Positions 28,325 through 39,086 of a DNA stretch of 64,000 nt are shown here, one piece after another (the stretch's first letter is position 1; each line of letters opens with the position of its first letter). A program made the translations under genes and the position numbers. The notes below the pieces were generated by a model. That model did not search any database. It was not told where the DNA came from and saw only the letters and a list, made by a program, of their open reading frames with translations. Source of the stretch: Chitinophaga pinensis (GTDB lineage Bacteria > Bacteroidota > Bacteroidia > Bacteroidales > GCA-2748055); assembly GCA_945863035.1 (NCBI GenBank), contig CAMAZH010000006.1, positions 2,264 to 66,263 on the forward strand, read 5' to 3'.

Positions 28325-29548
28325 TTATTTACTCAACCATAATTCAGGATTCATAATCACTTTATCTTTCCAAACTTCAAAATGAAACTTTGTGGTTTTA
28401 TCCATATCGGTAAACACGGTCCCAATAATATCCTTGGTTTTCACCTTATCGCCAGCCTTCACTTTTACATCAATAAGATTTTGATATACGGTTCTATATT
28501 CGCCATGCTTAATGATTACCGTGTAATTTGCCCCCAAAATCGCAATTACTTTAGTAACCTCACCATCGTATACACTTCGTACCTTGGCCCCTTCAACGGT
28601 ATTAATGTCAATTCCGTTACTTTTAATTTTGATGCCCTTCAAAACGGGATGGTTTTGTTCCCCGTATTTTCCGGTAATAACCCCTTGTTCGGACGGCCAT
28701 GGCAAACGCCCCATATTTCTGTTAAAGTCACCGGAAATAATTTTTTCTTCCGGAGTTAAAATATTTGGCTTATTGGCAACCTTTGCCTTATTAATTTCTT
28801 CCTCGATAAGGCGTCTAATTTCCTTCTCTATTTCAGATTGAATGCGTTCACGTTTTTTAATCTCAGCCTTCAAATCAGTTTCTTTACTTTGTAAAGAACG
28901 AATCAGTGAAACATTCCTTTTCTTGTCCTTATCCAATGAATTAAGCTCTCTTTGTCTTTCACTCAATAGAACTTCATTTTTTCTCTTGTTTTCAAGTAGC
29001 TCAGAATTTCTACGCCTTAAATTTTCCTCCTCCTTCTTCAGTTGAACTACCAAATCCGACCGATACCTAGCCAAGTATTTCAGATATTTTATTCGCTGAT
29101 AAGCTTGATTAAAATCCTCCGAGGAAAACAAATACATCAAAGCATAGTCGTTATCCAAATTTCGAGAGGCGGCAACTACCAGTTCAGCATAATCGAGCTT
29201 GATTTCCGTTACCCTAGACTCAACTCTTTTGATTTCAATAGTGTTCTCTTCAATATTATTTTTCATAAAATCAATCTCTTCTGAAATATTTTCAATGATC
29301 CCACTCCTTAATTCAATATTTTGCTGTATCAGGTTAAGCTGGTTTAGAGAAACGTTTTTGGAACTTTCAGTTTTCTCCAAGAGGGATCGAGAATATTGCA
29401 GCTTTTGAATATTATCGTTCTTCTTCTTTTCAAGTTCAGTGGAGTTTTGAGAAAAAGCCATAAATAAAGGGACAAGAATGAGAATCCCCGAGAAAAAAAA
29501 GAATTTTAATATATTAAAACAGGATTTCACTATAGCTTGAATTAACAT
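28325..29548 (-). CDS. EnvC-like murein hydrolase activator: coiled coil plus degenerate LytM (M23) domain
   Basis: Signal/TM segment, about 250 aa of heptad-rich Lys/Glu sequence, and a C-terminal M23 fold. The HxxxD position reads SNGIDI and the HxH position reads KFHFE, so catalytic residues are missing. The start at 29548 is my choice, not a certainty. Confidence 0.78.
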   Translation of the reverse strand: MLIQAIVKSCFNILKFFFFSGILILVPLFMAFSQNSTELEKKKNDNIQKLQYSRSLLEKTESSKNVSLNQLNLIQQNIELRSGIIENISEEIDFMKNNIEENTIEIKRVESRVTEIKLDYAELVVAASRNLDNDYALMYLFSSEDFNQAYQRIKYLKYLARYRSDLVVQLKKEEENLRRRNSELLENKRKNEVLLSERQRELNSLDKDKKRNVSLIRSLQSKETDLKAEIKKRERIQSEIEKEIRRLIEEEINKAKVANKPNILTPEEKIISGDFNRNMGRLPWPSEQGVITGKYGEQNHPVLKGIKIKSNGIDINTVEGAKVRSVYDGEVTKVIAILGANYTVIIKHGEYRTVYQNLIDVKVKAGDKVKTKDIIGTVFTDMDKTTKFHFEVWKDKVIMNPELWLSK

Positions 29549-30284
29549 TAAAATTCTTTCTTGAAAACTTATCCAGGGAGATCTTTCCAACTTGCAGCTG
29601 CACTTCAGCATCCATACTTTTACTCCTTACCATCACCTTCAGGTCTCTGGGATAATTAGGATCCTCGTAGTAAATACCCGGAAAAACAGATAAGAATAAG
29701 CCAGCCTTAGAATCGCTTATATCAAGGCTGGAAATATTATAGCTGCCTATATCGAACCCAGAAACAACTTCAGCTCCAAACGAGGACCGATAGGTATAAG
29801 TGAAACCTTCCTGCCCTTCGTTAAGTCTGGACTTGAAAAGTTTTCTGTTCTCAGAACCATCAACTACAAAACCCTTCAAAATAATACTTTCAATCTGGGA
29901 ATAGCTCAAATCAATACCCAGCAAACCCTCAACCTTCGAAAATTCACCAAAATAATAGGACTTCTCAATACGATTGATAAACTTGACACTATCCACAGAT
30001 AACTCAAGACGCCCTAATTCGAAACCCAGAATATTAATATTAGCATAGATATACTCCCCTTGCATAATATTAACTTTTCCCCGTAGATTTTTTGTATCAT
30101 CTGAAATCACTTTAATATCCAATTGTTCGGTGGAAAAATATTTGGAGGAATAGGCCCTGGATTTCTTAAACAAATATTGACCAAAGTCAGCATCTCGTGA
30201 AACCGATGAAAGCGGAACCGTCTTGCAGGAAACAATCATTGTCATAAGAACAAAGAAATTCAATAAATATCTAAGGCTTTTCAT
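29514..30284 (-). CDS. DUF4292-like lipoprotein
   Basis: Start moved to the ATG at 30282-30284 (MKSLRYLLNFFVLMTMIVSC, a lipobox). Sits in the conserved block between the TPR and M23 genes (from memory). Confidence 0.6.
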   Translation of the reverse strand: MKSLRYLLNFFVLMTMIVSCKTVPLSSVSRDADFGQYLFKKSRAYSSKYFSTEQLDIKVISDDTKNLRGKVNIMQGEYIYANINILGFELGRLELSVDSVKFINRIEKSYYFGEFSKVEGLLGIDLSYSQIESIILKGFVVDGSENRKLFKSRLNEGQEGFTYTYRSSFGAEVVSGFDIGSYNISSLDISDSKAGLFLSVFPGIYYEDPNYPRDLKVMVRSKSMDAEVQLQVGKISLDKFSRKNFNVNSSYSEILF

Positions 30285-31977
30285 AGAATCTCTTAAGTTT
30301 ATTAGAAACAATATCCTCGCTATAGCCTCTATCACGCGCCTTTTCATAGTAATCTTCCGCACTTTCATAGTCTCCAAGCATAAATAATATTTCCGCATAA
30401 TGAAAAATAATATCAGGATCGTTCGCAGAATCAATAATAAGTGCCTTTTGGGCAAATACTTTTGCATTTACATAGTCACCCATCCGAAATAAAACCCAAG
30501 CATAAGTATCAAGAAAGGTGCTATTATCCGGTGAATTAACAATGGTTGAATAACTTAAGTCTTTAGCTTTATACAAATCCACACTGTCCAAGGCCAAGTA
30601 ATAACTATAATTGTTTTTTGTGAAATCGTTTGATGGATCCATTTCCACCAAAGCATCATAATAGGTATAAGCTTCAATTTTTCTGTTACTTCGATAGCTT
30701 GACTCGGAAAGAAATATCAGAAATTGCAACCTGATCTTATCACTGTCTTTAATGGATTTATAATTAAGTGACAAAACGGAATAAGCCTTTTCAAAATTGT
30801 CTTGCTGAAAATAAGCCATACCTACGAACAAATAAAGCTCATGTTTGTTAGGAAAAAACCTGAGAGCCTCCTCACCAATAATAATCAATTCATTATAATC
30901 CTCAAGCATAGAAGCATTATAGAGAGCTTGCTGCCAAATGATATAATCGTCTTTTTTAGTACTCAGGATGTCTTTAATAATTTCCAAGGCTCTTGGATGA
31001 TTCTCGATTCCATTGTAAAAATCATATGCTACAGTCTTAACTTCATAATTATCAGGATATTCGGCAAGCAGGCTGATAATCATTTCCTCCAATAATTCGC
31101 GATGACGGTTGATAAGCTCCCGATCTTTATTAAGGGCCATCATCGTCTGAATTTTATTTGTCACAGGAATGTTACTATTTAAAAAAGCCTGATTGAGATA
31201 AAAATAAGCCTTTTTGTTATCTCCTTGAGAGGAATAAATATCGGCCAAGTTAGTAACCGCATAAATATTCGAGGAATCAATTGCATAGGCGGCCTGATAG
31301 GCTTTAAGTGCGTGCAGAGAATCTCCTAAATCAACAAAGTATTCACCCAGAATAATCTGATATTCAGCAATTTCAGGTGCTCTCTCAATAAGTCTCATCA
31401 GTACATTTTCAGCTTTAATGTAATTACCTTGTAACTTGAATATTTCAAATTTCTTAAAACTTATAAGTTCGGAAACTCCAAATTCCTTTTCAATAAGCTC
31501 GAGAACGCTTATTGCCTTAGAATACTTCCGGTTAGCAGCATAGATTTCGGCTATTTTAAAGTCAATAGTTAGAGAATTATTACTGTTGTTACGCTTTACT
31601 TTTTTAAGAACTTTAAGCGATTTAGAGCTTTTGTTGTTTATTTTAAGCAATTCCGAATAAGCAATACCATACCAATAATTATCGGGGACCAACCGAAAAG
31701 ACTTTGAGAGTATTTCTTCAGCCTTTTGGTTTTCCCCAAGAGCAGAATAAACTGTACCCAACTCATAGTAAGCAACATCACATTCAGGATTAGCCTTTAT
31801 ACAGGACAAATACAAGTTTATGGCCTCATTAACATTTCCCACCATTTTTTGCCTAGAAGCTTCAATAAGAGCATACTGGTATGAATATTCGGATTTTATA
31901 GACGATACCTTATCTGTCTTCTGAGAAAAAACCGAGAATCCAATTAAGAACAGGGTAAATGTTAAAAGTGTCTTCAT
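30271..31977 (-). CDS. tetratricopeptide repeat protein (secreted)
   Basis: Start moved to the ATG at 31975-31977 (MKTLLTFTLFLIGFSVFSQ signal peptide). Many A..Y/L TPR-like repeats. Confidence 0.8.
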   Translation of the reverse strand: MKTLLTFTLFLIGFSVFSQKTDKVSSIKSEYSYQYALIEASRQKMVGNVNEAINLYLSCIKANPECDVAYYELGTVYSALGENQKAEEILSKSFRLVPDNYWYGIAYSELLKINNKSSKSLKVLKKVKRNNSNNSLTIDFKIAEIYAANRKYSKAISVLELIEKEFGVSELISFKKFEIFKLQGNYIKAENVLMRLIERAPEIAEYQIILGEYFVDLGDSLHALKAYQAAYAIDSSNIYAVTNLADIYSSQGDNKKAYFYLNQAFLNSNIPVTNKIQTMMALNKDRELINRHRELLEEMIISLLAEYPDNYEVKTVAYDFYNGIENHPRALEIIKDILSTKKDDYIIWQQALYNASMLEDYNELIIIGEEALRFFPNKHELYLFVGMAYFQQDNFEKAYSVLSLNYKSIKDSDKIRLQFLIFLSESSYRSNRKIEAYTYYDALVEMDPSNDFTKNNYSYYLALDSVDLYKAKDLSYSTIVNSPDNSTFLDTYAWVLFRMGDYVNAKVFAQKALIIDSANDPDIIFHYAEILFMLGDYESAEDYYEKARDRGYSEDIVSNKLKRFYEKP

Positions 31978-31984
31978 CCGAAAT

Positions 31985-32416
31985 TTATTTACCTGTATGG
32001 CCAAAACCACCACTTCCTCGAGCAGTATCATCCAAAACCTCTACATTAATCAAAGAAATGTTTTCATGTTTTGCTACAATCATTTGACAAATTCGTTCAC
32101 CATGCATAATTTCAAACTCATTATCCGAAAGGTTTACAAGAATAATACCGATCTCTCCACGATAGTCGCTATCAATAGTTCCAGGACTATTCAAGACTGT
32201 TATTCCGTGTTTCAGAGCCAGACCGCTTCTAGGCCGGATCTGCGCCTCGTAACCCACTGGCAACTCGATAAACAAACCAGTAGGGATGAGCATACGCTGC
32301 AAAGGTTTTAATACAATAGGCGAATTTAAATTGGCTCTTAAATCCATTCCAGCCGAATTAGCGGTGCTATATTCGGGTAGCGGGTTCGATGATCGATTAA
32401 TGATTCGGACTTTCAT
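31985..32416 (-). CDS. dut: dUTP diphosphatase
   Basis: 143 aa. [16 protein letters not shown] and [10 protein letters not shown] motifs. ATGA overlap with the upstream flippase gene. Confidence 0.93.
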   Translation of the reverse strand: MKVRIINRSSNPLPEYSTANSAGMDLRANLNSPIVLKPLQRMLIPTGLFIELPVGYEAQIRPRSGLALKHGITVLNSPGTIDSDYRGEIGIILVNLSDNEFEIMHGERICQMIVAKHENISLINVEVLDDTARGSGGFGHTGK

Positions 32417-33873
32417 TTTTTTACAAATAATTTTCGTTTTTCAGAGATATAAAAAAGTAAAAGGTAAGAACAAATCAAAACAAAATGGAAAATATACCTG
32501 ATAACGAGATTTGAAAACTCCAGAACTTCTGAAGCAAGATAAAACAATAATGCTAAAACAACGAATATCAACATCTGTTTTAGCTCATAGTTTATCCTAT
32601 AATATCGTTGACCCACGAGAAAACTAAGAACCACCATGAGAAAATAACTAATAAAATGTCCCCAGGCAGAAGCATAATAACCAAAATGCGGAATAAAGAA
32701 ATAATTAATCACAAAAGTAATAGTGGCACCAAAGAAAACAAGATAGACACCCCAGATCGTCTTATTAGAAAGTTTATACCAGATAGAAAGATTATAAAAA
32801 ACTCCCATGAAAAGATTAGCAATCAGCACCAAGGGAATTATTGAAATTCCCTCTCTAAATTCAGGCCCAATGAAGAGTATAAAAATATCAAGGAATAGCA
32901 TAACAAACAAAAAAATAGCCATTCCGGAAAACACAAAATACTTCATTACCTGAGCATAAATTTCCCTAGCATTAACCTCATGCTTCTTGGAAAAAAAGAA
33001 AGGCTCAGCGGCATACCGGAACATCTGTATGAAGAGTGTCATGAGTACAGCCAATTTTACGCTAGCACCGTAAACACCCAATTGTTCCATTGGATTTTGC
33101 GCGGCAGGCAATAGGTATTTAAGCAGAATCCTGTCAATTACCTCATTAACAGTACCGGCAAGCCCGGCGATAAGCAGGGGGAAACTATAAAACAACATTC
33201 TTCGAAGAAGAGAAAATTGGAAAACTCCTGAAGTAAAAAATATCTCTTTACTCAAGGCAAGAACTTTGACAACCACCGACAGCAGATTACTTATGAAAAC
33301 ATATCCCACCCCAATTTCGGGATTATAGACTGCTGAAACCAGTTTGGAATCAATATTTTCGGGACAATAAAACAGAAAGAACCAATTTGCCAGGATGTTA
33401 ACACCTACTTCAAGGATTCTGATAAGCGCGTATTTAAAAGCTCTGGTTTCAAGCCTTAGTTTTGCAAAAGGAATAGATGCAAAACTATCCAAACCAACAA
33501 TTAAGCCGACCCAAATAATATACTCCGGGTTATCAGGATAATTAAGGAAATTTGCCAAACTCTGGCTAAAAATCCAAGACAGGCCAATAAAAAAAAGTGA
33601 AGTAACTGCAAGAGAAAAGAGAGCGGATCGGTATACATTTCTATGATTGTTGTCCTTATCAGCAAACCTGAAGAAACCCGTCTCCATACCATAAGTAAGC
33701 ACAACCATTAAAATAACAATATAAGCATAGAATTCGGTAACAATACCGTACTCTGCTTTGTTAAAGATTCGAGTATAGAATGGAGTAAGAAGCAAATAAT
33801 TAAGAACGCGTGGCACCACAATTCCCAGTCCATAAACGGCCGTTTGTCCGGCAAGCTGCTTGATATGATTCAC
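32413..33873 (-). CDS. MOP/Wzx-type oligosaccharide or polysaccharide flippase
   Basis: 486 aa, about 12-14 TM helices. N-terminus [13 protein letters not shown] is typical of the family. Apparent GTG start. Confidence 0.78.
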   Translation of the reverse strand: MNHIKQLAGQTAVYGLGIVVPRVLNYLLLTPFYTRIFNKAEYGIVTEFYAYIVILMVVLTYGMETGFFRFADKDNNHRNVYRSALFSLAVTSLFFIGLSWIFSQSLANFLNYPDNPEYIIWVGLIVGLDSFASIPFAKLRLETRAFKYALIRILEVGVNILANWFFLFYCPENIDSKLVSAVYNPEIGVGYVFISNLLSVVVKVLALSKEIFFTSGVFQFSLLRRMLFYSFPLLIAGLAGTVNEVIDRILLKYLLPAAQNPMEQLGVYGASVKLAVLMTLFIQMFRYAAEPFFFSKKHEVNAREIYAQVMKYFVFSGMAIFLFVMLFLDIFILFIGPEFREGISIIPLVLIANLFMGVFYNLSIWYKLSNKTIWGVYLVFFGATITFVINYFFIPHFGYYASAWGHFISYFLMVVLSFLVGQRYYRINYELKQMLIFVVLALLFYLASEVLEFSNLVIRYIFHFVLICSYLLLFYISEKRKLFVKK

Positions 33874-33900
33874 AACAAAAATTTGCTTCTAAGTTATGTC

Positions 33901-34758
33901 TTATTTCACAAGATTGTTAAGGCATTCTTTCAAATTATTTCCAATAAATTGGTAACCTTCTGAATGTAGGCGGGCAGGGATTACTTTCTGACCCACAAGA
34001 AGGGTAGAACTACCCTCCCGTAAAACGAGACGCAGGACAAAGGAAGGAATTTTAAAAACACACGGTCTATTAAGGCTGCTGGCCAATTTATGAGAAAATT
34101 CCGAATTGGTAGAAGGTTGCGGGCATACGACATTGAAAATTCCATCCGCGTCAGTCGAAATAATCCTATGAACGATTCTTACGACATCATCAATTAGAAT
34201 GAAAGAAAAACCCTGCTTGCCATTCCCGATAACACCCCCAATACCAAGCCAAAATATTTTTCGAAGGATTTTAAAAGCACCACCGGAATTGGAAAGTACG
34301 ACCCCAAAACGCAAAATACAAAGTTTGGTTCCAAATTTAAGGACATCGTAGGCCTCTTTTTCCCAATCGATTACAACTTTAGCAAGATAATTATTGGCAA
34401 AATGCAATGACGTCTCGTCACAGATAAGTCCATCGGCGTATAAACCGACAGCACTTGCATTGAGTAATTTAATCGGTTTCTTTTTCATTAAACCTACAGC
34501 CTTAACTAGATTCTTGGTCGTGTCAATCCTGGAAGCATATATAAGGTTCTTGACTTTTCGATTCCATCTCCCTGCAATCGGAAAACCTGCAAGATTTATA
34601 ATAAAATCGGTCCCTTCAAGAGATATTGCAAGCTTATCAGTGTCCCCGTAAAGCATAGAACTCTTTACGATTCTGACCTGAAAATCCTTAGAGAGGTACT
34701 TAACCAGTTCAGATCCTATCAATCCTCCTGCACCAATAATACCAACTAATTTTTTCAT
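33901..34758 (-). CDS. TIGR01777/YfcH-like NAD-dependent epimerase family protein
   Basis: Start moved to the ATG at 34756-34758 (MKKLVGIIGAGGLIGSEL). C-terminal DUF1731-like segment (ARLHSEGYQF). Confidence 0.72.
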   Translation of the reverse strand: MKKLVGIIGAGGLIGSELVKYLSKDFQVRIVKSSMLYGDTDKLAISLEGTDFIINLAGFPIAGRWNRKVKNLIYASRIDTTKNLVKAVGLMKKKPIKLLNASAVGLYADGLICDETSLHFANNYLAKVVIDWEKEAYDVLKFGTKLCILRFGVVLSNSGGAFKILRKIFWLGIGGVIGNGKQGFSFILIDDVVRIVHRIISTDADGIFNVVCPQPSTNSEFSHKLASSLNRPCVFKIPSFVLRLVLREGSSTLLVGQKVIPARLHSEGYQFIGNNLKECLNNLVK

Positions 34759-34915
34759 ACCAAAAAATCTATATAGTATCCGCTTCAAAAATAAATATTA
34801 TACGCGAAGCCCATGAAGCAAAAACCAATAACTTATATCGCAATTTGCCTGTAACTATATGAGCGTAAATATTCCGAAGCTAAAACATTTTTATCGTCAA
34901 TAAGTTATTATTTAA

Positions 34916-34923
34916 TACTTTTG
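34916..34923 (+). promoter_or_regulatory. -7 promoter box TACTTTTG
   Basis: Exact TAnnTTTG 18 nt upstream of the ATG at 34941. Confidence 0.45.
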
Positions 34924-34940
34924 CTAATTATAAAAAAATT

Positions 34941-35621
34941 ATGAGAAATATAATACTACTAACATTAATAATAATGGCCTCTGTATCAGCAGAATCACTT
35001 TGCCAATTTTCGCCAAATTACCAACTTACGAAAGTCCAAATCAAAACTGATTCCGGAACCATAACCATAGCCTTATATGACGAAACTCCTCTTCACAGGG
35101 ATAATTTTATAAAATTGGCCAAATCCGGGTACTTCGACAATCAACTTTTTCACCGTCTGATAAAAGGGTTTATGATACAGGGAGGCGACCCCAATTCAAA
35201 AAACGCAGATAAGGGAGAGTTGCTAGGACAAGGAGGCCCGAGTTACACAATACCCGCTGAGTTTAATCCCAACTATTTTCATAAAAAAGGAGCTCTAGCG
35301 GCGGCAAGAAAAGGAGATGATGTGAATCCTTCCAAGTCATCATCCGGGTCACAATTCTACATTGTCCAGGGAACCGTATACTCTGCAGCTCAATTGGAAA
35401 TGATGGTAGCACGAAATCTGCATGCTCCCTTTTCTGAAATTGAGAAGGAAACCTACATGCAAATTGGTGGATCGCCCCACCTGGATGGGTCGTACACAGT
35501 TTTTGGTGAGATAACGGAAGGATTTGAGGTATTGGACAAGTTGATGCAAGTTCCGGTGGATACATACGACAGACCCTTAACAGATCTGAAATTCAGTGTA
35601 AAAATTTTCAACCTGGATTAA
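34941..35621 (+). CDS. cyclophilin-type peptidyl-prolyl cis-trans isomerase (secreted)
   Basis: 226 aa. Signal peptide; FHRLIKGFMIQGGDP and SQFYIV motifs. Confidence 0.9.
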   Translation: MRNIILLTLIIMASVSAESLCQFSPNYQLTKVQIKTDSGTITIALYDETPLHRDNFIKLAKSGYFDNQLFHRLIKGFMIQGGDPNSKNADKGELLGQGGPSYTIPAEFNPNYFHKKGALAAARKGDDVNPSKSSSGSQFYIVQGTVYSAAQLEMMVARNLHAPFSEIEKETYMQIGGSPHLDGSYTVFGEITEGFEVLDKLMQVPVDTYDRPLTDLKFSVKIFNLD

Positions 35622-35677
35622 GATTTATTACCAGCAGACCATGATATTTATATCTTTACACAAAAAGAACAAGATCC

Positions 35678-36697
35678 ATGCTAGATAAAATAAAAGAGCT
35701 GATTTCAGAAGCTGAACAGTACAAAGCCAACAGCCTTCAGGATTTGGAGGATTTCAGGATAAGACATTTAAGTAAAAAGGGCAGTCTCGCTCAACTCTTT
35801 GAGGACTTCAAGGTCATTTCAAATGACAAAAAGAAAGAAGTTGGTCAGGCACTCAATGAGCTAAAGCAGACAATACAATTAAAGATCGATAGTCTCAAGG
35901 ACGAACTGGGCAGCACTGAGGATATCAGTCAAATTTCTGATCTAACCCTACCAGCTGAGAGTCTTCTTTTAGGATCCCGACATCCTATTTCCATCGTACG
36001 AAACGAAATTCTGGAGATTTTCTCCCGCTTGGGATTTACGGTTTCGGAAGGTCCGGAAATCGAGGATGACTGGCATGTGTTCACCTCTTTGAATTTTCCA
36101 CCGGAGCATCCAGCAAGGGATATGCAGGATACCTTTTTCATTGAGAAGAATCCCGATATATTACTTCGCACTCATACTTCTTCAATACAGGTAAGGGTTA
36201 TGGAGCACACTAAACCCCCGATTCGAACCGTATCCCCTGGAAGGGTTTTCAGAAATGAGGCAATTTCAGCCCGTGCACACTGCATTTTTCATCAGGTTGA
36301 AGGTTTGTACATCGATGAAAATGTTTCTTTTGCGGACTTAAAGCAGACCCTACTTTATTTCGCCAAGGAGATGTTTGGAGAGTCAACACAAATACGCCTG
36401 CGTCCCTCCTATTTCCCCTTTACCGAGCCATCGGCAGAAATGGACGTGAGTTGTGCTTTATGTGGCGGAAAGGGCTGCAACGTGTGCAAATATACAGGCT
36501 GGCTGGAGGTATTGGGATGCGGCATGGTTGATCCCGCGGTATTGGAAAACAACAATATCGACAGTAAAAAGTATACCGGGTTTGCCTTTGGAATGGGTAT
36601 TGAGCGTTTGGCAATGCTTAAATTCCAGATCAGAGATCTGCGATTATACTTTGAAAACGATGCACGCTTCTTAAGGCAGTTCTCGGGAGCAATTTGA
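35678..36697 (+). CDS. pheS: phenylalanine--tRNA ligase alpha subunit
   Basis: 339 aa. HPARDMQDTF, FRNE and GFAFGMGIERLAM class II motifs. Confidence 0.95.
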   Translation: MLDKIKELISEAEQYKANSLQDLEDFRIRHLSKKGSLAQLFEDFKVISNDKKKEVGQALNELKQTIQLKIDSLKDELGSTEDISQISDLTLPAESLLLGSRHPISIVRNEILEIFSRLGFTVSEGPEIEDDWHVFTSLNFPPEHPARDMQDTFFIEKNPDILLRTHTSSIQVRVMEHTKPPIRTVSPGRVFRNEAISARAHCIFHQVEGLYIDENVSFADLKQTLLYFAKEMFGESTQIRLRPSYFPFTEPSAEMDVSCALCGGKGCNVCKYTGWLEVLGCGMVDPAVLENNNIDSKKYTGFAFGMGIERLAMLKFQIRDLRLYFENDARFLRQFSGAI

Positions 36698-36729
36698 GTT
36701 GCTTTTTGTCAATTCAGCCTGTAAGGAAG

Positions 36730-37149
36730 TTAGTTAGGGTTAAGTTCGATGACATGCTCAATTTCCATGGCTTCCTTATAGCTTGCGTACACTCCACAGT
36801 ATTTATCCTTAGACATATCGACGGCCTTTTGGATTTTATCCAATGGCAGGTCTTTTCCAGTAAATTTGTAGATAATCTTCATATGAAGAAACTTTTTGGG
36901 ATGCTCCTCAGCTGTATCGCCTTCAACGGAAATATCCAATGAATCGAATTCAACTCGCATTTTCTTCAGGATCGATACTACATCCATACCTGTGCAACCT
37001 CCAAGAGCAACCAACATAAAGGCTTTAGGTCTTGGGCCCAAGTCTTTTCCACCATGCTCTTCAGAGGCATCAATAATTAGTTTGTGTCCGTTTACACTGG
37101 TCTCGAAAGCCATATTGCTTAACCAGTTCATTGAAATTGACTGCTTCAT
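36730..37149 (-). CDS. OsmC family peroxiredoxin-like protein
   Basis: Start moved to the ATG at 37147-37149. LGGCTGMDVVSILKKMR and YCGVY contain the two OsmC cysteines. Confidence 0.8.
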   Translation of the reverse strand: MKQSISMNWLSNMAFETSVNGHKLIIDASEEHGGKDLGPRPKAFMLVALGGCTGMDVVSILKKMRVEFDSLDISVEGDTAEEHPKKFLHMKIIYKFTGKDLPLDKIQKAVDMSKDKYCGVYASYKEAMEIEHVIELNPN

Positions 37150-37349
37150 AGTATAAAAAAAGTTATCGTGAATTATCGTAACAAAATATTCTGCAAAGAA
37201 AGGCAAAATACATTCCCTTAACAACTGGGAATAATTTTAGTTCCCACGATATTGATATCTTAACATTTGTATTTATTTCCTACTTTTACAAAGTTTTCCA
37301 TTGATTACATGCTCTAAAAGGAGATGGTACAACAGGCCATGATTTGCTG

Positions 37350-38057
37350 ATGAAACAAAATAACATATCCGGGAAAAAGGAAGAATGCCTTATTAAAAGC
37401 CACCCTCTGTTCCGCCATCTCACGCCCTCTGAATTTGACAGGTTATATGAGGAGACTGTTACAGAGCACCACAAGAGAGGATCGGTCTTATACCATGAAG
37501 GCAATAGGATTAACGGGTTTTATTACATTTCAGCAGGAATCATAAAAATATACAAGACGGGGATTGACGGAAAAGAGCAAATAATTCGGTTTGCCCAGAA
37601 AGGCGACATTATCGGGTTCAGGTCTATTTTAAGCAACGAGCAAGCCTGCACCACCGCTCAGGTAATCGACGAGTCTGCAACCTGTTACATCCCGGGTGAA
37701 ACCCTGATTAACCTAGTTAAAAACAACGGCAATTTCTCTATTGAGCTGATGCAAATCACATGTAAGGAGTTGGGTCAGGCAAATTCCTACATAACAGATA
37801 TCGCACAGAAAAGCGTAAGGGAAAGGCTGGCAGAAATAATTGTTCAGCTCTACAACGATTTTGGCCTTGACGAGGAAAATGTATTACAGATAACCTTAAC
37901 CCGTGAAGAACTTGCCAATATTGTGGGTACGGCAACAGAATCAGTAATCCGTTTATTATCGGAATTCAAGCAAGACAAGATGATTGAACTTAACGGCAGA
38001 AAAATCAAAGTGCTTAATCTTCCAGCCCTCAGAAAAGTAGGAAACATCTACATATAG
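37350..38057 (+). CDS. Crp/Fnr family transcriptional regulator
   Basis: cNMP-binding beta-roll (GDIIGFRS) and C-terminal HTH (TREELANIVGTATESVIRLL). Start moved from the TTG at 37344 to the ATG at 37350. Confidence 0.85.
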   Translation: MKQNNISGKKEECLIKSHPLFRHLTPSEFDRLYEETVTEHHKRGSVLYHEGNRINGFYYISAGIIKIYKTGIDGKEQIIRFAQKGDIIGFRSILSNEQACTTAQVIDESATCYIPGETLINLVKNNGNFSIELMQITCKELGQANSYITDIAQKSVRERLAEIIVQLYNDFGLDEENVLQITLTREELANIVGTATESVIRLLSEFKQDKMIELNGRKIKVLNLPALRKVGNIYI

Positions 38058-38059
38058 AA

Positions 38060-39079
38060 TCAGAACAACTTGTTTTGCTCATTCCTCAATTTACCCAAAT
38101 GCATATAGGCAATGGCTGTGGCTTCACGGCCTCTGGAAGTTCTTTTGATATATCCCTCTTTAATTAAAAAAGGTTCATAAACTTCCTCAATCGTTCCGGC
38201 ATCTTCGCCAACTGCGGTAGCAATTGTGGAAATTCCCACAGGACCGCCTGCAAACTTGTCAATAATTGTATTCAGTATTTTATTATCCATTTCATCCAGA
38301 CCGGATTTATCGATGTTCAGTGCCTCGAGCGAGTATCGGGTAATGTCGATGTCAATGATCCCGTTGCCTTTAACCTGGGCAAAATCCCTAACCCTTCTCA
38401 AGAGAGCATTCGCAATACGGGGTGTTCCGCGGCTTCTGGAAGCAATTTCCACGGCAGCCTGGTCATGGATCTCTACCTTGAGAATTCCAGCCGAACGGTG
38501 AACGATTCCGGTGAGTATATCGTGATCGTAGTACTCGAGTAAGGAGGTAATCCCAAAACGTGCCCGTAAGGGGCTTGTTAGTAGTCCGGATCGCGTTGTG
38601 GCCCCAATAAGGGTAAAAGGATTAAGGGTGAGTTGCACCGAACGAGCGCTGGGACCTTTATCGAGCATGATATCGATAGTATAATCCTCCATGGCCGAGT
38701 ACAAATATTCCTCAACTACAGGGGAAAGCCGGTGGATTTCATCGATAAAAAGAACATCCCCCGTTTCGAGTCCTGTTAATAATCCGGCGAGATCGCCAGG
38801 TTTATCAAGCACCGGACCCGAAGTAATCTTAAGTCCAACACCCAGTTCGTTGGCAATTATATTTGCAAGAGTGGTTTTGCCCAGTCCTGGAGGACCGTGA
38901 AGCAGAACGTGGTCGAGAGCTTCTTCACGCTGTTTTGCAGCCGTAACAAAAACTTTAAGATTATCGACAATTTTACTCTGTCCGGCGAAATCATAAAACC
39001 TTAACGGACGCAATTTATTATCGAGTTCCCTGTCAGAATCAATAAAACCTTCTTTTCTTATATGAAAATCTTCACTCAT
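38060..39079 (-). CDS. ruvB: Holliday junction branch migration helicase RuvB
   Basis: Walker [10 protein letters not shown], Walker B FIDEIHR, and RTSRGR. Start moved to the ATG at 39077-39079. Confidence 0.95.
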   Translation of the reverse strand: MSEDFHIRKEGFIDSDRELDNKLRPLRFYDFAGQSKIVDNLKVFVTAAKQREEALDHVLLHGPPGLGKTTLANIIANELGVGLKITSGPVLDKPGDLAGLLTGLETGDVLFIDEIHRLSPVVEEYLYSAMEDYTIDIMLDKGPSARSVQLTLNPFTLIGATTRSGLLTSPLRARFGITSLLEYYDHDILTGIVHRSAGILKVEIHDQAAVEIASRSRGTPRIANALLRRVRDFAQVKGNGIIDIDITRYSLEALNIDKSGLDEMDNKILNTIIDKFAGGPVGISTIATAVGEDAGTIEEVYEPFLIKEGYIKRTSRGREATAIAYMHLGKLRNEQNKLF

Positions 39080-39086
39080 TGATACA

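Noticed and set aside
28300-34800. Visibly AT-richer block as a possible horizontally acquired island
   Set aside because: The gene order (flippase-dut-TPR-DUF4292-M23-ybeY) is a conserved Bacteroidota core block as far as I recall. There is no integrase, tRNA or flanking direct repeat, and my spot GC counts overlap those of neighbouring regions.
37150-37343. Crp/Fnr-type binding site between the OsmC gene and the Crp/Fnr regulator
   Set aside because: I found only a single TTGAT half-site (TTGAT-ATCT-TAACA) and a TTATCGT direct repeat. Neither matches TTGAT-N4-ATCAA or TGTGA-N6-TCACA.
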